DNA of 64,000 nucleotides from Escherichia coli (GTDB lineage Bacteria; Pseudomonadota; Gammaproteobacteria; Enterobacterales; Enterobacteriaceae): NCBI RefSeq assembly GCF_050320075.1, contig NZ_CP190018.1; one strand, 5' to 3'. Shown piece by piece: positions 15,634 to 31,184 of this stretch (position 1 is its first letter; each line of letters starts with the position of its first letter). The notes under the pieces were generated by a model. It saw only the letters and a program-made list of their open reading frames with translations, ran no database searches and was not told where the DNA came from. The position numbers and the translations under genes were made by a program.

Positions 15634-16323
15634 ATGACTCTCAATAAAACCGATCGCATTGTCATTACGCTGGGTAAACAGATCGTTCACGGCAAATACG
15701 TACCAGGCTCGCCGCTTCCGGCTGAGGCGGAGCTCTGTGAAGAGTTTGCAACCTCGCGCAACATCATCCGTGAGGTGTTCCGTTCGCTGATGGCGAAGCG
15801 GCTGATTGAAATGAAACGTTATCGCGGCGCGTTTGTGGCACCGCGTAACCAGTGGAATTACCTCGACACTGACGTACTGCAATGGGTGCTGGAAAACGAC
15901 TACGACCCACGACTTATCAGTGCCATGAGCGAAGTGCGAAATCTGGTGGAACCGGCGATTGCCCGTTGGGCAGCAGAGCGCGCGACCTCCAGCGATCTGG
16001 CGCAGATTGAATCGGCGCTGAACGAGATGATTGCCAACAATCAGGACCGCGAAGCGTTTAACGAAGCGGATATTCGCTACCACGAGGCGGTGCTGCAGTC
16101 GGTGCATAACCCGGTGTTACAGCAACTTAGCATTGCGATCAGTTCGCTGCAGCGGGCGGTTTTTGAACGAACCTGGATGGGCGATGAGGCCAACATGCCG
16201 CAAACGCTCCAGGAACATAAGGCGCTGTTCGATGCGATACGGCATCAGGACGGCGATGCGGCAGAGCAGGCGGCGCTTACCATGATCGCTAGCTCGACAC
16301 GAAGGTTAAAGGAAATCACATGA
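15634..16323 (+). CDS. dgoR: GntR-family repressor of the galactonate operon, DgoR
   Basis: 229 aa with an N-terminal HTH and FadR-type C-terminal domain; first gene of the dgoRKADT arrangement. Confidence 0.9.
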   Translation: MTLNKTDRIVITLGKQIVHGKYVPGSPLPAEAELCEEFATSRNIIREVFRSLMAKRLIEMKRYRGAFVAPRNQWNYLDTDVLQWVLENDYDPRLISAMSEVRNLVEPAIARWAAERATSSDLAQIESALNEMIANNQDREAFNEADIRYHEAVLQSVHNPVLQQLSIAISSLQRAVFERTWMGDEANMPQTLQEHKALFDAIRHQDGDAAEQAALTMIASSTRRLKEIT

Positions 16324-17198
16324 CAGCTCGCTACATCGCAATTGACTGGGGATCGACCAATCTGCGCGCCTGGCTTTATCATGGCGACCACTGCCTGGAG
16401 AGCAGGCAATCAGAAGCAGGCGTCACGCGTCTGAACGGAAAATCTCCGGCTGCGGTGTTAGCAGAAGTGACGACCGACTGGCGTGAAGAGAATACGCCAG
16501 TGGTAATGGCAGGAATGGTCGGCAGCAATGTCGGCTGGAAAGTTGCACCGTATTTATCCGTTCCTGCCCGTTTTTCGTCTATTGGCGAACAATTAACGTC
16601 GGTTGGCGACAATATCTGGATTATTCCCGGATTATGCGTCTCTCATGACGATAACCATAATGTGATGCGCGGCGAAGAAACACAATTGATCGGCGCGCGT
16701 GCTCTGGCTCCTTCCTCTCTTTATGTCATGCCCGGTACGCATTGCAAATGGGTGCAGGCCGATAGCCAGCAAATCAACGATTTTCGCACCGTGATGACCG
16801 GTGAATTACATCATTTACTGTTAAATCACTCATTGATTGGCGCAGGTTTGCCGCCGCAGGAAAACTCTGCCGATGCCTTCGCGGCTGGTCTTGAGCGTGG
16901 CCTTAATGCTCCCGCCATATTGCCGCAGATTTTTGAAGTTCGCGCCTCGCATGTGCTGGGAACACTTCCCCGAGAACAGGTCAGCGAATTTCTCTCTGGT
17001 TTGTTGATTGGCGCAGAGGTTGCCAGTATGCGCGACTATGTGGCCCATCAACACGCCATCACCCTTGTCGCCGGAACATCGCTGACCGCGCGCTACCAGC
17101 AAGCCTTTCAGGCGATGGGTTGCGATGTGGCGGCGGTGGCGGGCGACACGGCATTTCAGGCTGGTATAAGGAGCATCGCTCATGCAGTGGCAAACTAA
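16320..17198 (+). CDS. dgoK: 2-dehydro-3-deoxygalactonokinase
   Basis: 292 aa; overlaps dgoR stop; operon context. Confidence 0.9.
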   Translation: MTARYIAIDWGSTNLRAWLYHGDHCLESRQSEAGVTRLNGKSPAAVLAEVTTDWREENTPVVMAGMVGSNVGWKVAPYLSVPARFSSIGEQLTSVGDNIWIIPGLCVSHDDNHNVMRGEETQLIGARALAPSSLYVMPGTHCKWVQADSQQINDFRTVMTGELHHLLLNHSLIGAGLPPQENSADAFAAGLERGLNAPAILPQIFEVRASHVLGTLPREQVSEFLSGLLIGAEVASMRDYVAHQHAITLVAGTSLTARYQQAFQAMGCDVAAVAGDTAFQAGIRSIAHAVAN

Positions 17199-17799
17199 AC
17201 TCCCGCTGATCGCCATTTTGCGCGGCATTACGCCCGACGAGGCGCTGGCGCATGTTGGCGCGGTGATTGACGCCGGGTTCGACGCGGTTGAAATCCCGCT
17301 GAATTCCCCACAATGGGAGCAGAGCATTCCCGCCATCGTTGATGCGTATGGCGACAAGGCGTTGATTGGCGCAGGTACGGTACTGAAACCTGAACAGGTC
17401 GATGTGCTCGCCAGGATGGGCTGCCAGCTCATCGTTACGCCCAATATCCATAGTGAAGTGATCCGCCGTGTGGTGGGCTACGGCATGACCGTTTGCCCCG
17501 GCTGCGCGACGGCGACCGAAGCCTTTACCGCGCTCGACGCGGGTGCGCAGGCGCTGAAAATATTCCCTTCATCGGCTTTTGGTCCGCAATACATCAAAGC
17601 GTTAAAAGCGGTATTACCACCGGACATCGCAGTCTTTGCCGTTGGCGGCGTGACGCCAGAAAACCTGGCGCAGTGGATAGACGCAGGTTGTGCAGGGGCA
17701 GGCTTAGGCAGCGATCTCTATCGCGCCGGGCAGTCCATAGAACGCACCGCGCAGCAGGCAGCAGCATTTGTTAAGGCGTATCGAGAGGCAGTGCAATGA
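17182..17799 (+). CDS. dgoA: 2-dehydro-3-deoxy-6-phosphogalactonate aldolase
   Basis: 205 aa; overlaps dgoK 3' end; KDPG-aldolase-like. Confidence 0.9.
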   Translation: MQWQTKLPLIAILRGITPDEALAHVGAVIDAGFDAVEIPLNSPQWEQSIPAIVDAYGDKALIGAGTVLKPEQVDVLARMGCQLIVTPNIHSEVIRRVVGYGMTVCPGCATATEAFTALDAGAQALKIFPSSAFGPQYIKALKAVLPPDIAVFAVGGVTPENLAQWIDAGCAGAGLGSDLYRAGQSIERTAQQAAAFVKAYREAVQ

Positions 17800-18944
17800 A
17801 AATCACCAAAATTACCACGTATCGTTTACCTCCCCGCTGGATGTTCCTGAAAATTGAAACCGATGAAGGCGTGGTCGGCTGGGGCGAGCCCGTGATCGAA
17901 GGCCGCGCCCGTACAGTGGAAGCGGCAGTTCACGAACTGAGCGACTATTTGATTGGTCAGGATCCATCGCGCATCAATGACTTATGGCAAGTGATGTATC
18001 GCGCCGGATTTTATCGTGGCGGTCCAATCCTGATGAGCGCTATCGCCGGGATCGACCAGGCGTTATGGGATATCAAAGGCAAAGTGCTGAATACGCCGGT
18101 GTGGCAACTGATGGGCGGCCTGGTTCGCGACAAAATTAAAGCCTACAGTTGGGTCGGCGGCGATCGTCCGGCGGATGTTATCGACGGCATTAAAACCCTG
18201 CGCGAAATCGGCTTCGATACCTTCAAACTGAACGGTTGTGAAGAACTGGGGCTAATTGATAACTCCCGCGCGGTAGATGCGGCAGTCAACACCGTGGCAC
18301 AAATTCGTGAAGCTTTTGGCAATCAGATTGAGTTTGGTCTTGATTTCCACGGTCGCGTCAGCGCGCCGATGGCGAAAGTGCTGATTAAAGAACTGGAGCC
18401 GTATCGCCCGCTGTTTATTGAAGAGCCGGTGCTGGCGGAACAAGCCGAATACTACCCGAAACTGGCGGCACAAACGCATATTCCACTGGCGGCGGGTGAA
18501 CGCATGTTCTCACGCTTCGATTTTAAACGCGTGCTGGAGGCGGGCGGTATTTCGATTCTGCAACCAGATCTCTCTCATGCAGGCGGTATTACCGAATGCT
18601 ACAAAATTGCCGGAATGGCAGAAGCCTATGACGTGACCCTTGCGCCGCACTGTCCGCTCGGACCGATTGCACTGGCGGCTTGTCTGCATATCGACTTTGT
18701 TTCCTATAACGCCGTACTTCAGGAACAAAGTATGGGAATTCATTACAACAAAGGCGCGGAGTTACTCGACTTTGTGAAAAACAAAGAAGACTTCAGCATG
18801 GTCGGCGGTTTCTTTAAACCATTAACGAAACCGGGCTTAGGCGTGGAAATCGACGAAGCTAAAGTTATTGAGTTCAGTAAAAATGCCCCGGACTGGCGTA
18901 ATCCGCTCTGGCGTCATGAAGATAACAGCGTAGCAGAGTGGTAA
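17796..18944 (+). CDS. dgoD: D-galactonate dehydratase
   Basis: 382 aa enolase-superfamily protein; ATGA overlap with dgoA. Confidence 0.93.
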   Translation: MKITKITTYRLPPRWMFLKIETDEGVVGWGEPVIEGRARTVEAAVHELSDYLIGQDPSRINDLWQVMYRAGFYRGGPILMSAIAGIDQALWDIKGKVLNTPVWQLMGGLVRDKIKAYSWVGGDRPADVIDGIKTLREIGFDTFKLNGCEELGLIDNSRAVDAAVNTVAQIREAFGNQIEFGLDFHGRVSAPMAKVLIKELEPYRPLFIEEPVLAEQAEYYPKLAAQTHIPLAAGERMFSRFDFKRVLEAGGISILQPDLSHAGGITECYKIAGMAEAYDVTLAPHCPLGPIALAACLHIDFVSYNAVLQEQSMGIHYNKGAELLDFVKNKEDFSMVGGFFKPLTKPGLGVEIDEAKVIEFSKNAPDWRNPLWRHEDNSVAEW

Positions 18945-19063
18945 TTCCTGCCACGTAAGCCCCTCATCGGGCACTAAAACAGCAATACAAAAATATAACC
19001 CTCTGTAAATTACAGGGCATGGTGAGCGGCTTCGCTATGCCCAAAATCTGGAGAAAGCTCGCT

Positions 19064-20356
19064 ATGGATATTCCCGTTAATGCAGCAAAGCCGGGGCGTC
19101 GGCGTTATCTGACGCTGGTGATGATCTTTATTACGGTGGTCATTTGTTATGTTGACCGCGCTAACCTGGCCGTGGCTTCCGCCCATATTCAGGAAGAGTT
19201 CGGTATTACGAAAGCGGAAATGGGCTATGTATTTTCGGCCTTCGCCTGGCTTTATACGTTATGCCAGATCCCCGGCGGTTGGTTTTTAGATCGCGTAGGT
19301 TCTCGCGTGACTTATTTTATTGCGATATTTGGCTGGTCAGTGGCGACGTTATTCCAGGGCTTTGCCACGGGATTAATGTCATTAATTGGTCTGCGCGCGA
19401 TAACCGGTATTTTCGAAGCGCCCGCTTTCCCGACCAATAACCGGATGGTGACCAGCTGGTTCCCGGAACATGAACGCGCTTCCGCCGTTGGTTTTTATAC
19501 GTCTGGTCAGTTTGTCGGTCTGGCGTTTTTGACTCCGCTGCTGATCTGGATTCAGGAGATGTTGAGCTGGCACTGGGTGTTCATTGTCACCGGTGGTATC
19601 GGCATTATCTGGTCGCTGATTTGGTTTAAGGTTTATCAGCCGCCGCGCCTGACCAAAGGCATCAGCAACGCTGAACTGGATTACATTCGTGATGGCGGCG
19701 GTCTGGTGGATGGTGATGCGCCGGTGAAGAAAGAGGCGCGTCAGCCGTTAACAGCCAAAGACTGGAAACTGGTGTTCCATCGTAAACTGATTGGCGTCTA
19801 TCTTGGGCAATTTGCGGTGGCTTCTACACTGTGGTTTTTCTTAACCTGGTTCCCGAACTATTTAACCCAGGAAAAAGGAATCACGGCGCTGAAAGCAGGC
19901 TTTATGACCACGGTGCCATTCCTCGCGGCGTTTGTCGGCGTCCTGCTCTCTGGCTGGGTCGCGGATCTGCTGGTACGTAAGGGCTTTTCACTGGGCTTTG
20001 CGCGTAAAACGCCGATTATCTGCGGCTTGCTGATCTCCACCTGCATTATGGGCGCTAACTACACTAACGATCCGATGATGATTATGTGCCTGATGGCGCT
20101 GGCATTCTTCGGCAACGGTTTTGCTTCGATTACCTGGTCGCTGGTCTCTTCTCTGGCACCGATGCGCCTGATTGGTTTAACCGGCGGCGTGTTTAACTTT
20201 GCCGGTGGTCTGGGCGGCATCACCGTTCCGCTGGTGGTGGGTTACCTGGCGCAGGGTTACGGTTTCGCGCCTGCACTGGTTTATATCTCCGCCGTCGCGT
20301 TGATTGGCGCGCTCTCATACATCCTGCTGGTGGGCGATGTGAAACGCGTTGGCTAA
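19064..20356 (+). CDS. dgoT: D-galactonate MFS transporter
   Basis: 430 aa from [22 protein letters not shown]; 12-TMS MFS-like hydrophobicity. Confidence 0.9.
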   Translation: MDIPVNAAKPGRRRYLTLVMIFITVVICYVDRANLAVASAHIQEEFGITKAEMGYVFSAFAWLYTLCQIPGGWFLDRVGSRVTYFIAIFGWSVATLFQGFATGLMSLIGLRAITGIFEAPAFPTNNRMVTSWFPEHERASAVGFYTSGQFVGLAFLTPLLIWIQEMLSWHWVFIVTGGIGIIWSLIWFKVYQPPRLTKGISNAELDYIRDGGGLVDGDAPVKKEARQPLTAKDWKLVFHRKLIGVYLGQFAVASTLWFFLTWFPNYLTQEKGITALKAGFMTTVPFLAAFVGVLLSGWVADLLVRKGFSLGFARKTPIICGLLISTCIMGANYTNDPMMIMCLMALAFFGNGFASITWSLVSSLAPMRLIGLTGGVFNFAGGLGGITVPLVVGYLAQGYGFAPALVYISAVALIGALSYILLVGDVKRVG

Positions 20357-21417
20357 TCTTTCAACTGTGGAATATGCGCCACACCACTGCGCATAATCCA
20401 CTTTCTTAAAGCCGGTGCGGTCAGGCATCGGCTTTTTACTATTTTGCCGAAGAGTTTTAAACGCAGTTTGCGGGTGGCGCGCCAGTAGGCGGCGTTGCTC
20501 TTCTCCGGCTGCTTCAGTAACACCGAACGCAGAATCTCTGCGCTATCCAGCGCATAGCTAATCCCCTCCAGCGAACTGGCGCTGATAAATCCCGCCGCTT
20601 CACCAATCAGAAAGGCGTTGTCCTTACCGCAGACAAAATCCTGCCAGCGTGAGGGAAACAGCACGGTACATTTCTCGCTTTTCACCGCTTTGCCAAACTG
20701 GAACTGAAAGGCGTTCATTTTCTCTTTCAGCGTCGTGAAACGCGTCTGACCGTCTTTCATGGGATAGGCACCGCCAAAGATAAAATAACCGTCTTTGCTG
20801 ATACTCCATGAGTAACAGTCAGTTATCGCATTATCAAAGATGCAGGAGTAGAACGGCACCGGATGTTTCTCTGCGAACCACTGCTGGATAGCGACATATT
20901 TACGAATTTGATGATCCGGGTAGAGATGTCGCCGCACCATCGAGTTTGCGCCATCGGCACCGACCAGATAGCGGGCAGTAATATGCTGCTCCCAACCGTC
21001 TGCACGAAAAATGACATGCCATTTATCATCCTCACGCCAGATTTTTCGGCACAGGCTGTCGTGGTAAACCTCAACGCTGGCGGGGATCAGCGATTTCATC
21101 CACAAGTCGAAAGCATGGCGATTAATATTGATATAGCTTCGCTGGTAGTTACGCGTGAACGATGCGGCAACGTCGACAGTTTTGACGCTGAAAATCTGTG
21201 GATTGGCGATCACATCGACAGGAAGCGTCAGTCCATCGCGAATAAAAGATCGCTGCGCGTCCGGTGCCAGCAGACCGCCGCAAGGTTTGCTGAAACCTTC
21301 AGTACCACACTGGTGCTTTTTATCCAGCGCGATCACCTGCATTTTGCCTGCTAACTTTCGTGCCAACGCCGACCCTGCCGGGCCGAGGCCAATAATCGCC
21401 ACGTCGAAATGTTCCAT
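20353..21417 (-). CDS. cbrA: FAD-dependent oxidoreductase CbrA (YidS)
   Basis: Start at [19 protein letters not shown] (Rossmann GxGxxG); convergent with dgoT. Confidence 0.85.
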   Translation of the reverse strand: MEHFDVAIIGLGPAGSALARKLAGKMQVIALDKKHQCGTEGFSKPCGGLLAPDAQRSFIRDGLTLPVDVIANPQIFSVKTVDVAASFTRNYQRSYININRHAFDLWMKSLIPASVEVYHDSLCRKIWREDDKWHVIFRADGWEQHITARYLVGADGANSMVRRHLYPDHQIRKYVAIQQWFAEKHPVPFYSCIFDNAITDCYSWSISKDGYFIFGGAYPMKDGQTRFTTLKEKMNAFQFQFGKAVKSEKCTVLFPSRWQDFVCGKDNAFLIGEAAGFISASSLEGISYALDSAEILRSVLLKQPEKSNAAYWRATRKLRLKLFGKIVKSRCLTAPALRKWIMRSGVAHIPQLKD

Positions 21418-21484
21418 CTTTTCACTCACATTCATCACGATGGCGAAAGACTATTGTCTGAAAGTGAAGTCCTTGTGAAGTATG

Positions 21485-22732
21485 ATGGCGGGAACCGTTT
21501 TGTATCAGGACCGCGCCATGAAACAGATAACCTTTGCTCCCCGTAATCACCTGCTCACCAATACCAATACCTGGACGCCCGACAGCCAGTGGCTGGTATT
21601 TGACGTTCGTCCTTCAGGGGCGTCGTTTACCGGCGAGACCATTGAGCGTGTGAATATCCATACCGGCGAGGTCGAGGTTATCTATCGCGCGTCACAGGGC
21701 GCACACGTCGGCGTGGTGACCGTTCATCCGAAGTCAGAGAAGTATGTCTTCATCCACGGCCCGGAAAATCCTGATGAAACATGGCATTACGACTTCCATC
21801 ATCGGCGCGGAGTGATTGTTGAAGGCGGCAAGATGAGTAACCTTGATGCGATGGATATTACCGCGCCGTATACGCCAGGAGCGCTGCGCGGCGGCAGCCA
21901 TGTGCATGTCTTTAGCCCGAACGGTGAAAGGGTGAGCTTTACCTATAACGACCATGTAATGCATCAACTCTGCCCGGCGCTGGATTTGCGAAACGTCGGT
22001 GTTGCTGCACCGTTTGGCCCGGTCAACGTACAAAAGCAGCATCCGCGTGAATACAGCGGTAGCCACTGGTGCGTGCTGGTGAGTAAAACCACGCCCACGC
22101 CGCAGCCTGGCAGCGATGAAATCAATCGTGCTTATGAAGAAGGATGGGTAGGAAATCACGCGCTGGCGTTTATTGGCGACACACTTTCGCCAAAGGGCGA
22201 GAAAGTACCGGAGCTATTTATCGTTGAGTTACCGCAAGATGAAGCTGGCTGGAAAGCGGCAGGTGATGCGCCGTTAAGTGGAACGGAAACAACCCTGCCC
22301 GCGCCACCGCGCGGCGTCGTGCAGCGACGTTTAACCTTTACCCACCATCGGGCTTATCCGGGGTTAGTTAACGTCCCGCGCCACTGGGTGCGCTGTAATC
22401 CGCAGGGTACGCAAATCGCGTTTTTAATGCGTGATGATAACGGCATTGTGCAACTGTGGCTTATCTCGCCACAAGGCGGCGAGCCGCGCCAGTTAACCCA
22501 TAACAAAACGGATATTCAGTCTGCATTTAACTGGCATCCGTCAGGAGAATGGTTGGGCTTTGTGCTGGATAATCGAATTGCTTGCGCCCATGCGCAAAGC
22601 GGCGAGGTTGAGTATTTAACCGAAAACCACGCCAATCCACCTTCTGCGGACGCCGTGGTCTTCTCGCCGGATGGTCAGTGGCTGGCGTGGATGGAAGGCG
22701 GCCAGCTGTGGATCACCGAAACTGATCGCTAA
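21485..22732 (+). CDS. yidR: DUF3748 protein YidR
   Basis: ORF MAGTVLYQDRAMKQITFAP...; start uncertain among three ATGs (21482, 21485, 21518). Confidence 0.8.
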   Translation: MAGTVLYQDRAMKQITFAPRNHLLTNTNTWTPDSQWLVFDVRPSGASFTGETIERVNIHTGEVEVIYRASQGAHVGVVTVHPKSEKYVFIHGPENPDETWHYDFHHRRGVIVEGGKMSNLDAMDITAPYTPGALRGGSHVHVFSPNGERVSFTYNDHVMHQLCPALDLRNVGVAAPFGPVNVQKQHPREYSGSHWCVLVSKTTPTPQPGSDEINRAYEEGWVGNHALAFIGDTLSPKGEKVPELFIVELPQDEAGWKAAGDAPLSGTETTLPAPPRGVVQRRLTFTHHRAYPGLVNVPRHWVRCNPQGTQIAFLMRDDNGIVQLWLISPQGGEPRQLTHNKTDIQSAFNWHPSGEWLGFVLDNRIACAHAQSGEVEYLTENHANPPSADAVVFSPDGQWLAWMEGGQLWITETDR

Positions 22733-22733
22733 A

Positions 22734-23066
22734 TCAGTTATCAGGCATTCTGGCCGGTGGAATAACCGCATTGGTGGCTTGCGCGTTGGCTTCGCTTTTT
22801 TCAACGCGTGAGCGCACCGAGCTGTCTTTGCGGAACACGTCCCACGGCAGTAAAAGCGTGTCCATCACAGCGGTAAACGGCATATCGAGAATCGCCAGCG
22901 ACTTAGTGCCCCAGTTGGTTTCATCGTCGCCAATCATGGTGGCGCTGGCGCGGGTGCCGGGATACGTTCCTTCTTTCCCCCCGGTATGGGACATCACGCT
23001 GGAGCATCCTCCGAGTAATGTCATTCCGCTGCATATCATGAACGCTAACAACACATTTCTTATCAT
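22734..23066 (-). CDS. yidQ: Lipoprotein YidQ
   Basis: 110 aa from MIRNVLLAFMICSGMTLLGGCSS (lipobox). Confidence 0.8.
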   Translation of the reverse strand: MIRNVLLAFMICSGMTLLGGCSSVMSHTGGKEGTYPGTRASATMIGDDETNWGTKSLAILDMPFTAVMDTLLLPWDVFRKDSSVRSRVEKSEANAQATNAVIPPARMPDN

Positions 23067-23240
23067 AATAAATTCATCTGTTGATCGTGGGTGTTGGCCT
23101 GATGAGTTATAGCGATCCCTTGCTGAAAATAACATCATCATTACGTCGCACTGTGGCGGCTATCGCACTTTAACGTTTCGTGCTGCCCCCTCAGTCTATG
23201 CAATAGACCATAAACTGCAAAAAAAAGTCCGCTGATAAGG

Positions 23241-23270
23241 CTTGAAAAGTTCATTTCCAGACCCATTTTT
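23241..23270 (+). promoter_or_regulatory. Sigma-32 heat-shock promoter of ibpAB
   Basis: CTTGAAA at 23241-23247, 14-nt spacer, then CCCATTTTT, matching the sigma-32 consensus CTTGAAA-N13-15-CCCCATNT. Confidence 0.75.
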
Positions 23271-23371
23271 ACATCGTAGCCGATGAGGACGCGCCTGATG
23301 GGTGTTCTGGCTACCTGACCTGTCCATTGTGGAAGGTCTTACATTCTCGCTGATTTCAGGAGCTATTGATT

Positions 23372-23785
23372 ATGCGTAACTTTGATTTATCCCCGCTTTA
23401 CCGTTCTGCTATTGGATTTGACCGTTTGTTTAACCACTTAGAAAACAACCAGAGCCAGAGTAATGGCGGCTACCCTCCGTATAACGTTGAACTGGTAGAC
23501 GAAAACCATTACCGCATTGCTATCGCTGTGGCTGGTTTTGCTGAGAGCGAACTGGAAATTACCGCCCAGGATAATCTGCTGGTGGTGAAAGGTGCTCACG
23601 CCGACGAACAAAAAGAGCGCACCTATCTGTACCAGGGCATCGCTGAACGCAACTTTGAACGCAAATTCCAGTTAGCTGAGAACATTCATGTTCGTGGCGC
23701 TAACCTGGTGAATGGTCTGCTGTATATCGATCTCGAACGCGTGATTCCGGAAGCGAAAAAACCGCGCCGTATCGAAATCAACTAA
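23372..23785 (+). CDS. ibpA: Small heat shock protein IbpA
   Basis: 137 aa [21 protein letters not shown]...; alpha-crystallin domain. Confidence 0.97.
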
Positions 23786-23896
23786 TTCCTTAAGGCCGCC
23801 TGGCGCGGCCTGACATCTCCATGCTCGCCGTCAGGGAGCATATGCGAATCTTCGGATTTGCAGGTACTTACTCGCTTCTTAGAAGGAGAAATGACT

Positions 23897-24325
23897 ATGC
23901 GTAACTTCGATTTATCCCCACTGATGCGTCAATGGATCGGTTTTGACAAACTGGCCAACGCACTGCAAAACGCCGGTGAAAGCCAGAGCTTCCCGCCGTA
24001 CAACATTGAGAAAAGCGACGATAACCACTACCGCATTACCCTTGCGCTGGCAGGTTTTCGTCAGGAAGATTTAGAGATTCAACTGGAAGGTACGCGCCTG
24101 AGCGTAAAAGGCACGCCGGAGCAGCCAAAAGAAGAGAAAAAATGGCTGCATCAAGGGCTTATGAATCAGCCATTTAGCCTGAGCTTTACGCTGGCTGAAA
24201 ATATGGAAGTCTCTGGTGCAACCTTCGTAAACGGTTTACTGCATATTGATTTAATTCGTAATGAGCCTGAACCCATCGCAGCGCAGCGTATCGCTATCAG
24301 CGAACGTCCCGCGTTAAATAGCTAA
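23897..24325 (+). CDS. ibpB: Small heat shock protein IbpB
   Basis: 142 aa [24 protein letters not shown]...; paralog of ibpA. Confidence 0.97.
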
Positions 24326-24520
24326 CTAGCTATTCTCTTTGCCCCGCCATTCTGGTGGGGCTTTTTTTGTCTTTCTTCTTCAACAATGCGTTAATTTTCG
24401 CCTGTTTAAGATATTTCGGCACGTTCTTTCCCGTGATAATGTGCGCTATAAGGCAAATCTGCTTCACCGATTCAGCCATAATCCGTAGCAATTAAAATGT
24501 TATCTCAAGAGAAATGGACG

Positions 24521-26182
24521 ATGAGTGATATAGCATTAACGGTCAGTATTCTGGCTTTGGTGGCAGTCGTCGGTTTGTTTATCGGCAACGTCAAATTTCG
24601 CGGCATAGGATTAGGTATTGGCGGCGTGCTGTTTGGTGGGATCATCGTCGGCCATTTTGTTTCTCAGGCGGGGATGACATTAAGTAGCGATATGCTGCAT
24701 GTTATTCAGGAATTTGGCCTGATCCTGTTCGTTTATACCATCGGGATTCAGGTAGGGCCGGGCTTCTTTGCCTCATTGCGCGTCTCCGGATTACGCCTCA
24801 ACCTGTTTGCTGTTCTGATCGTCATCATCGGTGGTCTGGTTACCGCCATCCTGCATAAACTGTTTGATATTCCACTGCCGGTAGTGCTGGGGATTTTCTC
24901 CGGTGCGGTAACCAATACGCCAGCACTGGGGGCAGGGCAGCAGATCTTGCGCGACCTGGGTACACCAATGGAAATGGTCGATCAGATGGGGATGAGTTAC
25001 GCGATGGCGTATCCATTCGGCATTTGCGGGATTTTGTTCACCATGTGGATGTTGCGGGTTATTTTCCGCGTCAATGTCGAGACAGAAGCCCAGCAGCACG
25101 AGTCTTCACGCACCAATGGCGGCGCGCTGATCAGGACTATCAATATTCGCGTTGAGAACCCTAACCTGCATGATTTAGCCATTAAAGATGTACCGATTCT
25201 CAATGGCGACAAAATTATCTGCTCGCGTCTGAAACGCGAAGAAACCCTAAAAGTACCTTCGCCAGATACCATTATCCAACTGGGCGATTTGCTGCATCTG
25301 GTGGGGCAGCCAGCGGATTTACATAATGCGCAACTGGTGATTGGTCAGGAGGTCGATACCTCGCTGTCTACGAAAGGCACTGATTTGCGCGTCGAGCGTG
25401 TGGTGGTCACCAATGAAAACGTGCTCGGAAAACGTATTCGCGACCTGCACTTTAAAGAACGCTATGACGTTGTTATCTCGCGCCTGAACCGTGCCGGGGT
25501 CGAACTGGTCGCCAGTGGTGATATCAGCCTGCAGTTCGGCGATATTCTCAACCTGGTGGGGCGTCCGTCCGCAATTGATGCCGTTGCCAATGTGCTGGGG
25601 AATGCGCAGCAAAAACTGCAACAGGTACAGATGCTGCCGGTGTTTATTGGTATCGGGCTTGGCGTATTGTTAGGTTCTATTCCCGTCTTTGTGCCGGGAT
25701 TCCCGGCCGCGTTGAAACTGGGGCTGGCGGGCGGTCCGCTGATTATGGCGTTGATCCTCGGGCGTATCGGCAGTATCGGCAAGCTGTACTGGTTTATGCC
25801 GCCAAGTGCCAACCTCGCGCTGCGGGAGCTGGGGATCGTGCTGTTCCTCTCGGTCGTTGGTCTGAAATCTGGTGGGGATTTTGTGAATACCCTGGTCAAT
25901 GGCGAAGGGCTAAGCTGGATTGGATATGGTGCCCTGATCACCGCCGTTCCGCTGATTACTGTTGGTATTCTGGCGCGGATGTTAGCCAAAATGAATTACC
26001 TGACCATGTGCGGGATGCTGGCTGGCTCCATGACCGATCCACCGGCGCTGGCGTTTGCTAATAATCTTCATCCAACGAGCGGTGCGGCGGCGCTCTCTTA
26101 CGCCACTGTCTATCCGTTAGTGATGTTCCTGCGCATTATCACCCCCCAATTACTGGCGGTGCTCTTCTGGAGTATCGGTTAA
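24521..26182 (+). CDS. yidE: Putative transporter YidE (AAE family, two TrkA-C domains)
   Basis: 553 aa from [22 protein letters not shown]; duplicated membrane domains flanking a soluble middle region. Confidence 0.9.
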
Positions 26183-26895
26183 CTCTTTTCCGGGTGGAGT
26201 CGCCGTAAATGGTACTCCACCTGGTATTCGTTGGCATTTCTGAACATTACTGAATAATTCAAAAACTCCCCGCTCTCGCTATATGACAACGAGGTGATCC
26301 GCAGCAGTGGCGTGTGTTCCGCTACCTTCATTTGCCGCGCCAGCAGTCTATCGGCGAGCACCGGCGTCAGGCTTTCATAATTACCGCCAATCAGAATCCC
26401 GCACTCTTGTTCAATATATTCAAACTTCGACCCTTCCAGATGTTGCAGCGAAAGGTTACGGAACAGTTTTACCGGCATATAGCTGTCTTCCAGCATCAGC
26501 GGTTTCCCTTCCACAAAACGAACGCGACGGGAGAAGTAGATCTGCTCGTTGATTTGAATCCGTAACTGGCTGGCAATGGCCGGAGGCGCAGGCATGATTT
26601 CAAAAATCAGCACCTGGCTGGTGACCGTTTTTCCCTGGCGTTTTAACACCTCCACCAGCCCGGTCAGGCTGGCGGTTTGATGCAATACATCTTTACGCAC
26701 CAGGTAAGTACCGCTGCCGTGGCGGCGGACCACCAGCCCCCACGCTACCAGCAGATCAATGGCTTTACGGATGGTCATCCGCGATACCGCAAACTCTTCC
26801 GCCAGCTTTTTTTCACCGGGAAGAAGGCTATTTAGCGTGAAATCCGCGGAGTTAAGTCGAATTCTTAACCGCTCCGCAATGCTTTTGTAGATCAT
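26179..26895 (-). CDS. yidP: GntR/HutC-family transcriptional regulator YidP
   Basis: 238 aa; N-terminal HTH ([15 protein letters not shown]), UTRA-like C-terminal domain. Confidence 0.85.
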
Positions 26896-27189
26896 CTCTA
26901 GATCTCTTTTTTGCCTGCAAGCCCGGGTAATGCGCCCACAAGTTCTGCTTAATCGATTGAAAAAAATCTTTTTTTTAAAGATGTGTTCGATGCTGTGTAC
27001 CAGTGCTCACAGATGTCTACTTTTTCGCGAAAACGTAGATCTCTACCGCCCAACGAAAAGCATGAAAGCGATCACGAATCCCATTGGGTCGTCATGTTCT
27101 GCCGATCGCATCTTCCTATCCTCGCTCCAGGCCTGCCGCATAACCAATCAGGCTTCCTACTTACAGAATTGAGAAAAGAGGATGTGGAA

Positions 27190-31018
<3,829 letters not shown>

Positions 31019-31184
31019 TTTAATATCCCTCCGGCGAATTATGCTCACAACCTGAACTTAACAGAAAACAATCCGTTCAGGGATACGACGTTTGTATTTT
31101 AAGAATCTGACTGCCTGACCCGACGCATTTTACCTCTCCCTATATTCATGCGTCCGGGACATAAACATAAATAAGGGCTATGAG

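Noticed and set aside
26983-27189. N-terminal extension of the glvC ORF (track start 26983)
   Set aside because: The extension is not hydrophobic and has no RBS. The ATG at 27190 has a strong AAGAGGA RBS and begins the conserved EIIC sequence.
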